A stretch of DNA of 64,000 nucleotides from positions 39,082 to 103,081 of the forward strand of contig MFFQ01000066.1 in assembly GCA_001780165.1 (NCBI GenBank). Reading direction: 5' to 3'. Made by a program: the position numbers and the translations under genes. Under the pieces are notes generated by a model, which worked only from the letters and a program-made list of their open reading frames with translations, did no database searches and was not told where the DNA came from. Below, in pieces: positions 17,533 through 26,747 of this stretch. Within the stretch, counting starts at the first letter, position 1; each line of letters opens with the position of its first letter. The stretch comes from Candidatus Eisenbacteria bacterium RBG_16_71_46 (GTDB taxonomy: Bacteria > Eisenbacteria > RBG-16-71-46).

Positions 17533-18456
17533 ATGACTCGCGCCACGCCCATCCTCCCGCTGGTCCTTCTGGCCGTCCTCGGCCTCGGCGTTTCGCCGGC
17601 GGTGGCCGGACCGCCCGGCTTCGCCTTCCTCGAGGTTCCCGCCGGAGCCCGTGCCTCGGCGCTCGGCGGGGCCTACGCGTCCCTCGCGCGGGGCGTGGAA
17701 GCGGCGTTCTGGAATCCGGCCGGCCTCGACGAGGTGTCGGGACTTCAGGTCGCGGGGTCGCACTACGAGTTCTTCGAAAAGCTGAGGCACGACCAGTTCG
17801 CCGCTGCGGGCCGGCTGTGGGGGGGAGGCGTGAGCGCCTCGCTGCGCGCGCTCTACACCGAGCCGATCGACGAGCGCGACGAGCTGGGGAACCTGATCGG
17901 CACGTTCGGCTCGAACGATCTCGAACTCGCGATCGGCTACGGCCGGGGGGTCGCTCCGGGGGTCGCGCTCGGCGGGCTGGCGCAGATCGTGCGCGAGCGC
18001 ATCGCCAACAGCGCGGCCACGACCTACGCCTTCGGGTTCGGGGGCTCCTGGGAGCCGGCGCCGCTGCCGGGCGTGCGCCTGAGCCTGAGCGCCCACAACC
18101 TGGGACCGGCGGCCGCGTTCACCATCGATGGGGCGCAGGGTGCTGCGGTGCCGCTGCCGTCGGCCGTCCAGACGGGCGTGTCCTTCGGAGTCGCCGCGGC
18201 CCACGGACTCCAGATGCGCGGTGCGCTGGAAAGCCGCTTCACCCGCGGGCGCGGCGGTGTGGCGATGATCGGCGGCGAACTGGCCAATGCCGGCGGAGCC
18301 GCGGTGCGACTGGGCGTGCGCGTGAACGACGACGCCTCGACCCTGAGCCTGGGCGCGGGCTACGCGCTCGAGGCCATGCGCCTCGACTACGCGTTCGTCC
18401 CGATGCGGCTCGACGTCGGCGACACGCACCGGTTCTCGTTCTCCGCGCAGTTCTGA
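17533..18456 (+). CDS. Outer-membrane beta-barrel protein (C-terminal Phe), PorV/PorQ- or FadL-like small OMP.
   Basis: Signal peptide. Gly/Ala-rich alternating strands. Terminal ...FSFSAQF. Confidence 0.55.
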   Translation: MTRATPILPLVLLAVLGLGVSPAVAGPPGFAFLEVPAGARASALGGAYASLARGVEAAFWNPAGLDEVSGLQVAGSHYEFFEKLRHDQFAAAGRLWGGGVSASLRALYTEPIDERDELGNLIGTFGSNDLELAIGYGRGVAPGVALGGLAQIVRERIANSAATTYAFGFGGSWEPAPLPGVRLSLSAHNLGPAAAFTIDGAQGAAVPLPSAVQTGVSFGVAAAHGLQMRGALESRFTRGRGGVAMIGGELANAGGAAVRLGVRVNDDASTLSLGAGYALEAMRLDYAFVPMRLDVGDTHRFSFSAQF

Positions 18457-18535
18457 CACCGGCGGTGGCTGGCGCCCTCGCGGGAGTCGCGCCCGCGGCC
18501 CGGCGGGGCGCCGCGCGAGGCCGGCCCGACCGGCG

Positions 18536-19270
18536 TCAGCCTTCCGGCCAGGATTCCAGCCGGAAGCGTCCCTCCTCCAGCACGACGTAGGTGAACTGAT
18601 CGATCCAGTCGCCGAGCACGAAGAAGTCGCGGCCGTCTTCGTGCCGCTCGTAGGCGTGATGGAAGTGGCCGATCATCACCGCGTCGAAGCCCTCGGCGAA
18701 CCGCGGCAGCGCGACCTCTCGCCACATCCGCTCGCCCTCGAGCTGGCTCTCGGCTCGCGAATGGCGGGAGAGGTTGGAAAACCAGTGCGCCAGGGGAAGC
18801 CCCAGGTCCGGGTGGAGCAGGCCGTAGAGCCCGATCGCGAGCCGGCTGCGCACGACGCGCTTGAGCAGCTTGTAACCGACGTCTCCGCCCAGCAGCCCGT
18901 CGCCATGATGGAGCCAGATGCGTCGGCCCTGAAGCTCGACCGGGAGCGGCCCCTCGAGCGTGCGCAGCCCGATCTCCTCGGCGAGGAACCGACCGAGCCA
19001 GAAATCGTGGTTCCCGGTCATGCAGGTGATGTCGACGCCCGCCTCCCGAACGCGCCGGAGTGCCGCGAGCGTATGGAAATAGCGGCGTGGAATCGCGGTA
19101 CGGTACTCGTACCAGAAGTCGAACAGGTCGCCGACGACGTAGAGCGAGGCGGCGCGCCCGGGGAGCGAGGCCAGGAAGCGGTGGAGCCGCCGCACGCGGG
19201 CCGCCTCCTTCCCCGCGGGCTCCGCGCCCAGGTGGGCATCGGAGATGAAGAAGGCGACCGGCGTGAGCAT
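18536..19270 (-). CDS. lpxH: UDP-2,3-diacylglucosamine pyrophosphohydrolase LpxH (calcineurin-like phosphoesterase).
   Basis: Motifs FISDAHLG, VVGDLFDFW, GNHDFW and GHFHH are typical of LpxH. Internal ATG start (MLTPVAFFISD) chosen at 19270. Confidence 0.8.
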   Translation of the reverse strand: MLTPVAFFISDAHLGAEPAGKEAARVRRLHRFLASLPGRAASLYVVGDLFDFWYEYRTAIPRRYFHTLAALRRVREAGVDITCMTGNHDFWLGRFLAEEIGLRTLEGPLPVELQGRRIWLHHGDGLLGGDVGYKLLKRVVRSRLAIGLYGLLHPDLGLPLAHWFSNLSRHSRAESQLEGERMWREVALPRFAEGFDAVMIGHFHHAYERHEDGRDFFVLGDWIDQFTYVVLEEGRFRLESWPEG

Positions 19271-19477
19271 GGCGGCGCAGTCTAGCAACGCGTCCGCGGC
19301 CGCGCCACACAGCCGGCGGCGGAGCACGCCGGCAGGCCCGATCCCGCTTGACCGCGCGCCTCCCGCAGCCGACAGTCATCGTGGCATGTTCGAGCGCCGG
19401 TTCCGCGCGCCGTCCGGATTGCCGGCCACGATGATCGGTCGCGGAGCTTGCTGGCTTCCAATGAAGGGAGCAGGACG

Positions 19478-19672
19478 ATGGTCAGTCTCACGTGCAAACA
19501 GATGGGGATGAGCGGCTGTAACTTCAGCGCGACGGGCAAGGACGCCGAAGAGGTCAAGCAGAAGCTGCTGGCTCACGCCCGCAGCGCCCACGCGGATGTC
19601 CTCAAGGGAATGAAACCGGAGGACCTGAGCGGCCTGCAGGCGAGGCTGGATGCTCTGCTCGCCAGGCGCTAG
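19478..19672 (+). CDS. DUF1059 family small protein.
   Basis: MVSLTCKQMGMSGCNFSATGKD... matches DUF1059 small proteins. RBS GAAGGGAG. Confidence 0.6.
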   Translation: MVSLTCKQMGMSGCNFSATGKDAEEVKQKLLAHARSAHADVLKGMKPEDLSGLQARLDALLARR

Positions 19673-19826
19673 GTTCCGCCCGAGACGCCCGATTCTCGAG
19701 GGGCTCGGTCGGTTTCGGCTGCGAATTCTCCCGCGGTCACCGCTCGGCTGTCGCCGCCACTCGCCCGGCGCCCGGGCTTCTCGGACGGCACCCAGCCCGG
19801 GGCCGAGCCACCGAAATCGCGCCGGC

Positions 19827-21176
19827 GTGGCGCTGGCGCTGGCGCTCACGATACTGGCCCCGCCGCTCGCGCGCGGGGCCGCTCCACCCGCGGGGCCGCG
19901 CCCGGAAAACGTGGTGATCATGATTCCGGACGGCTGCGGGCCCGCCACCCTGGTCCTCGCCCGGCTCGCGCGAGGACGGCCGCTCTCGCTCGACAGCATC
20001 CTCGTGGGCGCCGTCGAGACCGGATCGTCCAGCTCGCGCATCACCGACTCCGCGGCGGGTGCCACCGCCTACGCTTCAGGCGTGAAGACCGCCAATCGCG
20101 TGGTGGGGATGGATCCGGCCGGGAACCCGGTCGAGACCCTGATGGAGGCCGCGGCGTCGCGCGGCATGGCGACGGGTTTCATCGTCAAGAGCAGGGTAAC
20201 GGACGCGACGCCCGCCGCGTTCGTCGCGCACGTGCGCCGACGCTCGCAGGAAGACGAGATCGCGGTGCAGGAACTCGCCCATCGCGTGAACCTCATCATG
20301 GGCGGCGGGCTGGACCGGTTCCTGCCCGAGCCCGCGGGAGGCAGGCGCGCCGACGGGCGGGATCTCGTGGCCGAGGCCCGCGGCCGCGGTGACCAGGTCG
20401 TGCTCGACCGCGCGGAGTTCGACGGCGACCTGCGCCTTCCCCTGCTCGCGCTGTTCGCGCCGGCCGAGCTGCCCTACGAGATCGACCGCGATCCGAAGCA
20501 GGCGCCGGGCCTGGTCGAGATGGTCCGCCGGGGGCTGCCCCTGCTCGCCCGCGAGCCGGGCGGGTTCCTGCTCGTGATCGAGGGCAGCCGTATCGACCAC
20601 GCCGCCCACGCCAACGATCCGGCGAGCCACGTCCGCGAAGCGCTCGAGTTCGACGACACCGTGCGCGAGGTCCTCGCCTTCGCCCGCCGCGACGGCCGCA
20701 CCCTGGTCGTGGGGGCGGCCGATCACGAGACCGGCGGCCTGTCGCTGGGGAGGCGCGTGGGCGACACCCCGCTCGAGGGCGTGTACCCCGAATCCCTGAT
20801 GGCGGTGCGCTGTTCGGCCGAGCGCATGGCCGATTCGATCCGCGCCGGTCACCCGGCGCGGGAGCTGGTGGAGCGTGAGACCGGCCTGCACCTCACCTTG
20901 GAGGAGGCGGGGATGCTCGACCGCGCGCTCCCGGGTCGCCGACTCGCGGAGGCCATTGGGGAGATCGAGAGCCGGCACGCGGCGCTCGGGTGGAGCACCT
21001 GGGGCCACACCGCCATCGACGTCGGGCTCTACGCCTTCGGTCCCGGCAGCGACCGTTTCCGCGGCGTGCTCGACAACACCGAGGTCGGGCGCCGCATCGC
21101 CGAATCGCTGGACCTGCAGGTCGGCGGGTCGCGGAGCCCGCGCGCCCCGGGGAGCGGCGGCCCCGCGACACCATGA
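19827..21176 (+). CDS. phoA: Alkaline phosphatase (PhoA family), secreted.
   Basis: VVIMIPDGCGPAT (catalytic-region metal site) and TDSAAGATAYASGVKT (active-site Ser block). DHAAHAND and DHETGG metal-ligand motifs. Start codon uncertain (GTG 19827 suggested). Confidence 0.75.
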   Translation: MALALALTILAPPLARGAAPPAGPRPENVVIMIPDGCGPATLVLARLARGRPLSLDSILVGAVETGSSSSRITDSAAGATAYASGVKTANRVVGMDPAGNPVETLMEAAASRGMATGFIVKSRVTDATPAAFVAHVRRRSQEDEIAVQELAHRVNLIMGGGLDRFLPEPAGGRRADGRDLVAEARGRGDQVVLDRAEFDGDLRLPLLALFAPAELPYEIDRDPKQAPGLVEMVRRGLPLLAREPGGFLLVIEGSRIDHAAHANDPASHVREALEFDDTVREVLAFARRDGRTLVVGAADHETGGLSLGRRVGDTPLEGVYPESLMAVRCSAERMADSIRAGHPARELVERETGLHLTLEEAGMLDRALPGRRLAEAIGEIESRHAALGWSTWGHTAIDVGLYAFGPGSDRFRGVLDNTEVGRRIAESLDLQVGGSRSPRAPGSGGPATP

Positions 21177-22654
21177 CCCGCGAACCCGCCGATCCCGGCG
21201 CCGGCGAGCCGCGCGCGGCTCCGCCGCTACCCGCTGCGCCCGACACCCATCAGAAGGCGGCGCAGGTCAATCTCGATGGGCAGAAGTACGGGACCTTCGC
21301 CGAGATCGGGGCCGGGCAGGAAGTCGCCCGCTGGTTCTTCCGCGTGGGCGGCGCCGCCGGCACGGTGGCCAAGACCATCTCGGCCTACGACATGCGCGTG
21401 AGCGACGCGATCTACGGTTCGTCCAAGCGCTACGTCAGCCGCGAGCGGCTGACGACGATGCTCAAGTACGAGTACGAGCTGCTGCTCGAGCGGCTCGACG
21501 CCGAGCGGGGCGCAGGCACCACCTTCTTTGTCTTCGCCGACACCGTCGCGGCGCGCAGCTACAGCCACCCGCTGGACTCCAACGGCTGGCTGGGCATTCG
21601 CTTCCAGGCCGCGCCCCGCGCGGCTCCGTCCGAGATCATCGCCCACGTGCTGATGCTCGACCGCGAGAACCTCCAGCAGCAGGAGGCGCTCGGGATCCTG
21701 GGCGTCAATCTGGTCCACGCCGCGCTCTTCCATCACGGGGATCCCCACAGCGTGATCGGGTCCCTGCTCGATGGGCTGAGCAGCAAGCGCGTCGCGGTCG
21801 ACATGATCAAGTTCTCGGGCCCGGCGTTCGAGGGGGTGGACAACCGGCTGATGAGCCTGCTGCTGGTGCAGCACGGCATGGCCGAAGCGGCGATGTTCAG
21901 CGCCGGCGGCGAGGTGGTTCAGGCCTCCGAGGTGCTCTACAAGCAGGCGGTGCTGGTGGAGCGCGGCCGCTTCCGCCCGGTGACGAGAGTGACGCACGAC
22001 ATGCTCTCGTACGCCCTCGCCCAGTTCCGCGACGGAGCGTCGGCCGGGGACCCGGCGCCGGTCGTGCTCATGGAGATGACCCTGCAGGATCTCGCTCACG
22101 GGGAGGACATCGACCATCAGGACTTTCTGGCGCGCGTGGACCTGCTCGGCGCGCTCGGCTGGATGGTGTTGATCAGCGGCTATTTCGAGTACTACAAGCT
22201 CGCCTCCTACCTCTCGCGCCACACGCGCGGACGCATCGGCATCGTGATGGGCGTGCCGAGCCTGCTCGACCTGCTGGACGAGCAGTACTACGCCGACCTC
22301 GACGGCGGGCTGCTCGAGTCGATCGGGCGCCTGTTCAAGAGCGACCTCAAGCTCTTCGTGTATCCCATGCGCAAGCCCGAGGACGGCTCGGTGATCACCG
22401 CCGAGACCGTGGAGGTGCCGATGAAGCTGCGCCACCTCTACGCGCACCTGCGGGAGCACGGCTACGTGGTGCCGATCCGCGACTCCAAGGAAGAGGACCT
22501 GCGGATCACGACCGACGAGGTGCTGGAGCTGATCCAGCTCGGGCGACCGGGCTGGGAGGACATGGTGCCGGCCGAGGTCGCCGGGGTGATCCGCGAGCGG
22601 AAGCTGTTCGGCTATCCCGGCGCGATCGAGGGTGGGCCCGCTCGCGGCGGTTGA
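21173..22654 (+). CDS. Conserved hypothetical cytoplasmic protein (493 aa), family not recognised.
   Basis: Long clean ORF with normal codon usage. ATGA overlap with the phoA stop. Confidence 0.5.
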   Translation: MTREPADPGAGEPRAAPPLPAAPDTHQKAAQVNLDGQKYGTFAEIGAGQEVARWFFRVGGAAGTVAKTISAYDMRVSDAIYGSSKRYVSRERLTTMLKYEYELLLERLDAERGAGTTFFVFADTVAARSYSHPLDSNGWLGIRFQAAPRAAPSEIIAHVLMLDRENLQQQEALGILGVNLVHAALFHHGDPHSVIGSLLDGLSSKRVAVDMIKFSGPAFEGVDNRLMSLLLVQHGMAEAAMFSAGGEVVQASEVLYKQAVLVERGRFRPVTRVTHDMLSYALAQFRDGASAGDPAPVVLMEMTLQDLAHGEDIDHQDFLARVDLLGALGWMVLISGYFEYYKLASYLSRHTRGRIGIVMGVPSLLDLLDEQYYADLDGGLLESIGRLFKSDLKLFVYPMRKPEDGSVITAETVEVPMKLRHLYAHLREHGYVVPIRDSKEEDLRITTDEVLELIQLGRPGWEDMVPAEVAGVIRERKLFGYPGAIEGGPARGG

Positions 22655-22796
22655 CAGCGCGGGGCGCGACTTCCTACAGTCGTCCGGCTGCTGGTTGGCG
22701 ATGCGGATTTGCGCGCGCCGACCCGCGCCGAACCCGACCGAGCCTCCAGCGGACACCTGCGGGGCGACTCCATCCACAGCGCGGGTAGCTCGACCC

Positions 22797-23795
22797 ATGA
22801 GCCAAGCTCTGAAGACCATTCGCATCGATCGATTTCACGTCAGGGTCGGGGCGGCGAGCGATCCGGGGCTGAAGCGCGCGCAGAACGAGGACAGCTTCGG
22901 CTGCTGGCTGCCCGAGGATCCCGAGGACGGCCGGCGCCGCGGACTCCTCCTGGCCGTGGCGGACGGCATGGGCGGCGCGCGCGGGGGCCAGGTCGCCAGC
23001 CGGCTGGCGATCGAGACCATCGGCTCGGCGTGGCGCCAGTCCGACGGCGCCAACCTCGCGGGCGAGCTGCGCGCGGCTCTGGCGGCGGCCAACCTCAGGA
23101 TCCACGGCGAGAGCGAGTCCCGTCCCGAGCTGGCGGGCATGGGCACCACCTGCACCGCCGCCGTCCTGAGGGACGGCGAGCTGGCCGTCGCCCATGTCGG
23201 TGACAGCCGCGCCTACCTCGTGCGCGGCGGCCGCATTCGCCAGCTCACCCACGACCACTCGCTGGTCGGGCAGCTCGTGCGGGAGCGCCAGATCACCGCC
23301 GCGCAGGCGCGCACCGACCCGCGCCGCAACGTGGTCACGCGCAGCGTCGGGGTCGGGCCCCAGGTCGAGATCGACGTCGAGGGCGCGGGCGAGAAGCTGG
23401 CGCCGGGGGACACCCTCATCCTCTGTACCGACGGCCTCCACGGTCTGGTGAGCGACGAAGAGCTGCGCGTCGGGGCGTCGGAGCCGGATCCGGATTCGGG
23501 GTGCCGCACGCTGATCTCGCTCGCGCGCGAGCGGGGCGGCCCCGACAACATCACGGTCGTCCTCGCGCGGGTCGAGTCCGCGGACGGCGCGGTGCGCGCG
23601 CGCCCGGCGCCTGCGACGGCGCGCCCCCGGCGCTCGCGGTCGAGCAAGGCGACGATGTTGCTCATCGTCGGCGCCTCGATCGTGCTGCTCCTCGCGCTGA
23701 CGGCGATCGGCCTGCTGGCCAGTCGATTGCTCCACCCCAAGCGAATGCTCGGGGCGGCTCCGGACGTCCATCACACAGGCGGAACATCGACATGA
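22797..23795 (+). CDS. PP2C-family Ser/Thr protein phosphatase with a C-terminal TM anchor (PppA/Stp1-like).
   Basis: Motifs FGCW...LLAVADGMGG, MGTT, GDSRAYLV and DGLHGLVSDEEL are canonical PP2C motifs. C-terminal hydrophobic helix LLIVGASIVLLLALTAIGLLA. Confidence 0.85.
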   Translation: MSQALKTIRIDRFHVRVGAASDPGLKRAQNEDSFGCWLPEDPEDGRRRGLLLAVADGMGGARGGQVASRLAIETIGSAWRQSDGANLAGELRAALAAANLRIHGESESRPELAGMGTTCTAAVLRDGELAVAHVGDSRAYLVRGGRIRQLTHDHSLVGQLVRERQITAAQARTDPRRNVVTRSVGVGPQVEIDVEGAGEKLAPGDTLILCTDGLHGLVSDEELRVGASEPDPDSGCRTLISLARERGGPDNITVVLARVESADGAVRARPAPATARPRRSRSSKATMLLIVGASIVLLLALTAIGLLASRLLHPKRMLGAAPDVHHTGGTST

Positions 23796-26041
23796 GCGAG
23801 CCCAAGGACTTCGGCAACTTCGAGATCCTCGAGCGCATCGGCCGCGGCGGAATGGCCTCGGTCTACCTGGCGGTCCAGAAGGCCCTGGATCGCAAGGTCG
23901 TGCTCAAGATCCTGTTCCCGCACTTGGCCGAGGACGCGAACCTGGTGGCGCGATTCGAGCGCGAGGCGCGCGCCGCGGCGCGGCTGCACCACGAGAACAT
24001 CATCCAGATCATCGATTGCGGGCGCCACGAGGACGTCTCGTACATCGCGATGGAGTTCGTGGACGGCAAGGACCTCAAGCAGTGGCTGGAGGCCACGGGC
24101 GCGCTGCCCCTGGAGATGGCGGTGCTGATCCTGCGCGAGATGTTCCGCGGGCTCGAGCACGCGCACCAGAACGGCATCGTGCATCGCGACATCAAGCCCG
24201 CGAACGTGATGCTCGCCACCGAGGGCACGGTCAAGCTGATGGACTTCGGGCTCGCGCGCCGCGACTCCGATTCCAAGGGCCTCACGGTGATGGGCTCGCT
24301 GCTCGGGACCCCGGCCTACATGTCGCCGGAGCAGGCGAAGAGCGAGCGGGTGGACGAGCGCAGCGACATCTTCTCCGCGGGCGTGGTGGCGTACGAGCTG
24401 CTCGGCGGCGGCCGCCCGTTCGACGGCAGCTCCTACGCCGGGGTGCTCAACGCGATCCTCTCGGTGCAGCCGCCGCGGCTGCGCGAGGTCAATCCCCTCG
24501 CGCCTCCGGAGCTCGAAGCCCTGGTCCAGAAGATGCTGCAGAAGGAGCCCGAGGCGCGCTACCAGAAGCTGTCGCAGGCCCGCGCCGATCTCGAGACCGT
24601 GATCGAGCGCATGGGTCTGCTGCGGGCCAAGGATCTGTTGCGCGAGTACGCCCAGCATCCGCGGGAGGTGACCGAGTCGCTGCGCGAGAAGCAGCTCCGC
24701 CTGGCGCTCGATCGCGGCCGCGTCCTGGCGGCGGCGGGACCGGACAAGATCGACGAGGCGCTGCAGGAATTCGTGAAGGCGCTCTACCTCGAGCCGCACA
24801 ACGCCGAGGCGATCGAGCAGCGGAAGAAGCTCGATCGTGCCCGCGCGGACGCCGAGGCGCGGGCCACTGCACAGGCCGAGGCCGCCGCGAAGGCGGAGGC
24901 CATGCGGGCGGCGGCCCCGCGCGCGCCCGCGCCGCCGGCACCCGCCCCGCCGGCCCCGGCGAGCGCCGCGGGCCGGGCGGTGGGCGCCCCGGAGCCCCGG
25001 GCCCAGGGACCCTCGGTGCGCCGTCCCGGGCCGTCCCGTCCCGCCGGCAAGCCGGACTCCGGCAGGTCGAAGGCCGATACGCTTCGCAAGCTCCTGTTCG
25101 CCTCGGTCGGCGCCCTGGCGCTGCTGGTGGTGGTCGCAGTGACCATTACCGTCGGTCTCCAATGCCAGAGCAAGAAGGCCGGGGAATCGGGCCGCGCCGC
25201 CGTGGAGACGCCGAGCCAGCCCGTGATCCCTCCGGTGGCGACCGAGCCCGTTCCGGAGCAGCAGGAGCCGATACCCGACATCTCCGCGATGCCGCTACCC
25301 AACGAGACCGCCGCCGGCCAGGTGGCGACGCCGACCCCCGCCGCCGGCCAGACGGGCGCCCCGGACACGCTGGCGTGGCTGGCGCTCGCCACCGACCCGC
25401 CCGGTGCGACGGTGCTGATCAACGGCCGGGCGCAGGGCAAGCTCACCAACTCGAGCTACGCCGTTCCTCCCGGGGCCCGGGTCGAAGTGCGAAAGACCGG
25501 CTACTCGCCGCGAACCCTCGAGGAGGCCGGCAAGCTCCGGCGGGGCGAGAAGCGATCGCTGCTCGTCAACCTCACGCCGGTGGACGAATTCATCGGGGCC
25601 CCGGGCCCGGGCGAGGGCGGCGTCGACATCCGCGTGCAGCCCGCGGCCCGCTTCTACATCGGCAGCACCCTGCTGCCGGGCAGCTACCAGACGCTCCAGC
25701 TGCACCTCAAGCCCGGCACCCACGTCATTCGCGCCGGGATCAGCCAGTCCGACTTCCACGACTGGACCGTCGAGGTGAGGGCGGGCGCGTCGGTGACCCT
25801 CGAGCACGTCTTCACGCCCACGGTTCCGGGTGCGATCAAGATCGACACCGGCCGGACCAAGGCTGCGGTCTACCTCAACGGGCAGGAGCAGCCGGCGAGG
25901 GCCCCGTGCACCATCGAGAACCTCAAGCCCGCCAGCTACACCCTCAAGGTCGTGGCCCAGGGCTTCCGCCCGGACTCGCAGGTCGTGACGGTGAAGGCGA
26001 AGGAAACCTCGGAAATCCGGTTCAGGCTCAAGAAGGAGTAA
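23792..26041 (+). CDS. Hanks-type Ser/Thr protein kinase with a TM segment and periplasmic PEGA domains (PpkA-like position).
   Basis: GRGGMASVY, VLK (Lys), HRDIKPANVML, DFG and APE motifs. ATGA overlap with the PP2C gene. TM segment LLFASVGALALLVVVAV. C-terminal repeats with PEGA-like signatures. Confidence 0.85.
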   Translation: MSEPKDFGNFEILERIGRGGMASVYLAVQKALDRKVVLKILFPHLAEDANLVARFEREARAAARLHHENIIQIIDCGRHEDVSYIAMEFVDGKDLKQWLEATGALPLEMAVLILREMFRGLEHAHQNGIVHRDIKPANVMLATEGTVKLMDFGLARRDSDSKGLTVMGSLLGTPAYMSPEQAKSERVDERSDIFSAGVVAYELLGGGRPFDGSSYAGVLNAILSVQPPRLREVNPLAPPELEALVQKMLQKEPEARYQKLSQARADLETVIERMGLLRAKDLLREYAQHPREVTESLREKQLRLALDRGRVLAAAGPDKIDEALQEFVKALYLEPHNAEAIEQRKKLDRARADAEARATAQAEAAAKAEAMRAAAPRAPAPPAPAPPAPASAAGRAVGAPEPRAQGPSVRRPGPSRPAGKPDSGRSKADTLRKLLFASVGALALLVVVAVTITVGLQCQSKKAGESGRAAVETPSQPVIPPVATEPVPEQQEPIPDISAMPLPNETAAGQVATPTPAAGQTGAPDTLAWLALATDPPGATVLINGRAQGKLTNSSYAVPPGARVEVRKTGYSPRTLEEAGKLRRGEKRSLLVNLTPVDEFIGAPGPGEGGVDIRVQPAARFYIGSTLLPGSYQTLQLHLKPGTHVIRAGISQSDFHDWTVEVRAGASVTLEHVFTPTVPGAIKIDTGRTKAAVYLNGQEQPARAPCTIENLKPASYTLKVVAQGFRPDSQVVTVKAKETSEIRFRLKKE

Positions 26042-26212
26042 GGGAGCAAGCTGCGCTCGGCGGCGCGGCGCTCCCGGGCGCCACGTGAGGCGCGCCGGGC
26101 GACCGCACGCCGTCCCAAGGCGCCACCGGGCGGCCCTCAGGGGCGGTGCGAGCCGGGTCCGCGGCGCGATCGCCTTGACGTCCGCACGTAAACCTCGCTA
26201 CTGTGATTGGTC

Positions 26213-26728
26213 ATGCTCCCTAACCAAGTGTGCCGAAGAACGTTCGCCCATCCCAAGGGCGCCGCGTGCGCGGCGCTGCTCCTGCTGCTCGGCGGATGCA
26301 GCTCGATGCCGTTTCTCTCGAACGAACCTCCGAGCCTCGAGTTCACGCTCGTCGCCGATCCGATGCTCAATTCGTGCGGCCAGGACCGGGGGCTCCCGCT
26401 GTTCTTCCACGTCGTGCAAGTGACGGACGCCTCGCTCCTCACCGGGACCACGCCGGAGCAGGTGTGGACTCGCGAGGACCAGATATTCGGTGACGCGCTG
26501 CTCAAGGACGCGCAGCAGAAGTCCTTCTATGAGGATTTTGTCGATCCGGGCAAGTCCAAGGTGATCGCGGTCGAGCGGAACCCGAAGGCGAAGTACGTGA
26601 TCTTTCTGGGCAACTACTGCCAGTCCCAGAACGCCTGCTGGTACTACACGTCGCCGCTGAAGAAGACGGGCGGCCAGAAGGTCAGCCTGGCTCTCGGGTC
26701 CTCCTGCGTCACCTCGATAAAGCGCTGA
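26213..26728 (+). CDS. tssJ: T6SS outer-membrane lipoprotein TssJ.
   Basis: Lipobox LLLLGGCSS. TssJ/SciN-like size and beta-sandwich pattern. Start ambiguous (TTG 26207, ATG 26213 or GTG 26228). Confidence 0.7.
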   Translation: MLPNQVCRRTFAHPKGAACAALLLLLGGCSSMPFLSNEPPSLEFTLVADPMLNSCGQDRGLPLFFHVVQVTDASLLTGTTPEQVWTREDQIFGDALLKDAQQKSFYEDFVDPGKSKVIAVERNPKAKYVIFLGNYCQSQNACWYYTSPLKKTGGQKVSLALGSSCVTSIKR

Positions 26729-26747
26729 TCTTCCACAGGACTCTCTC

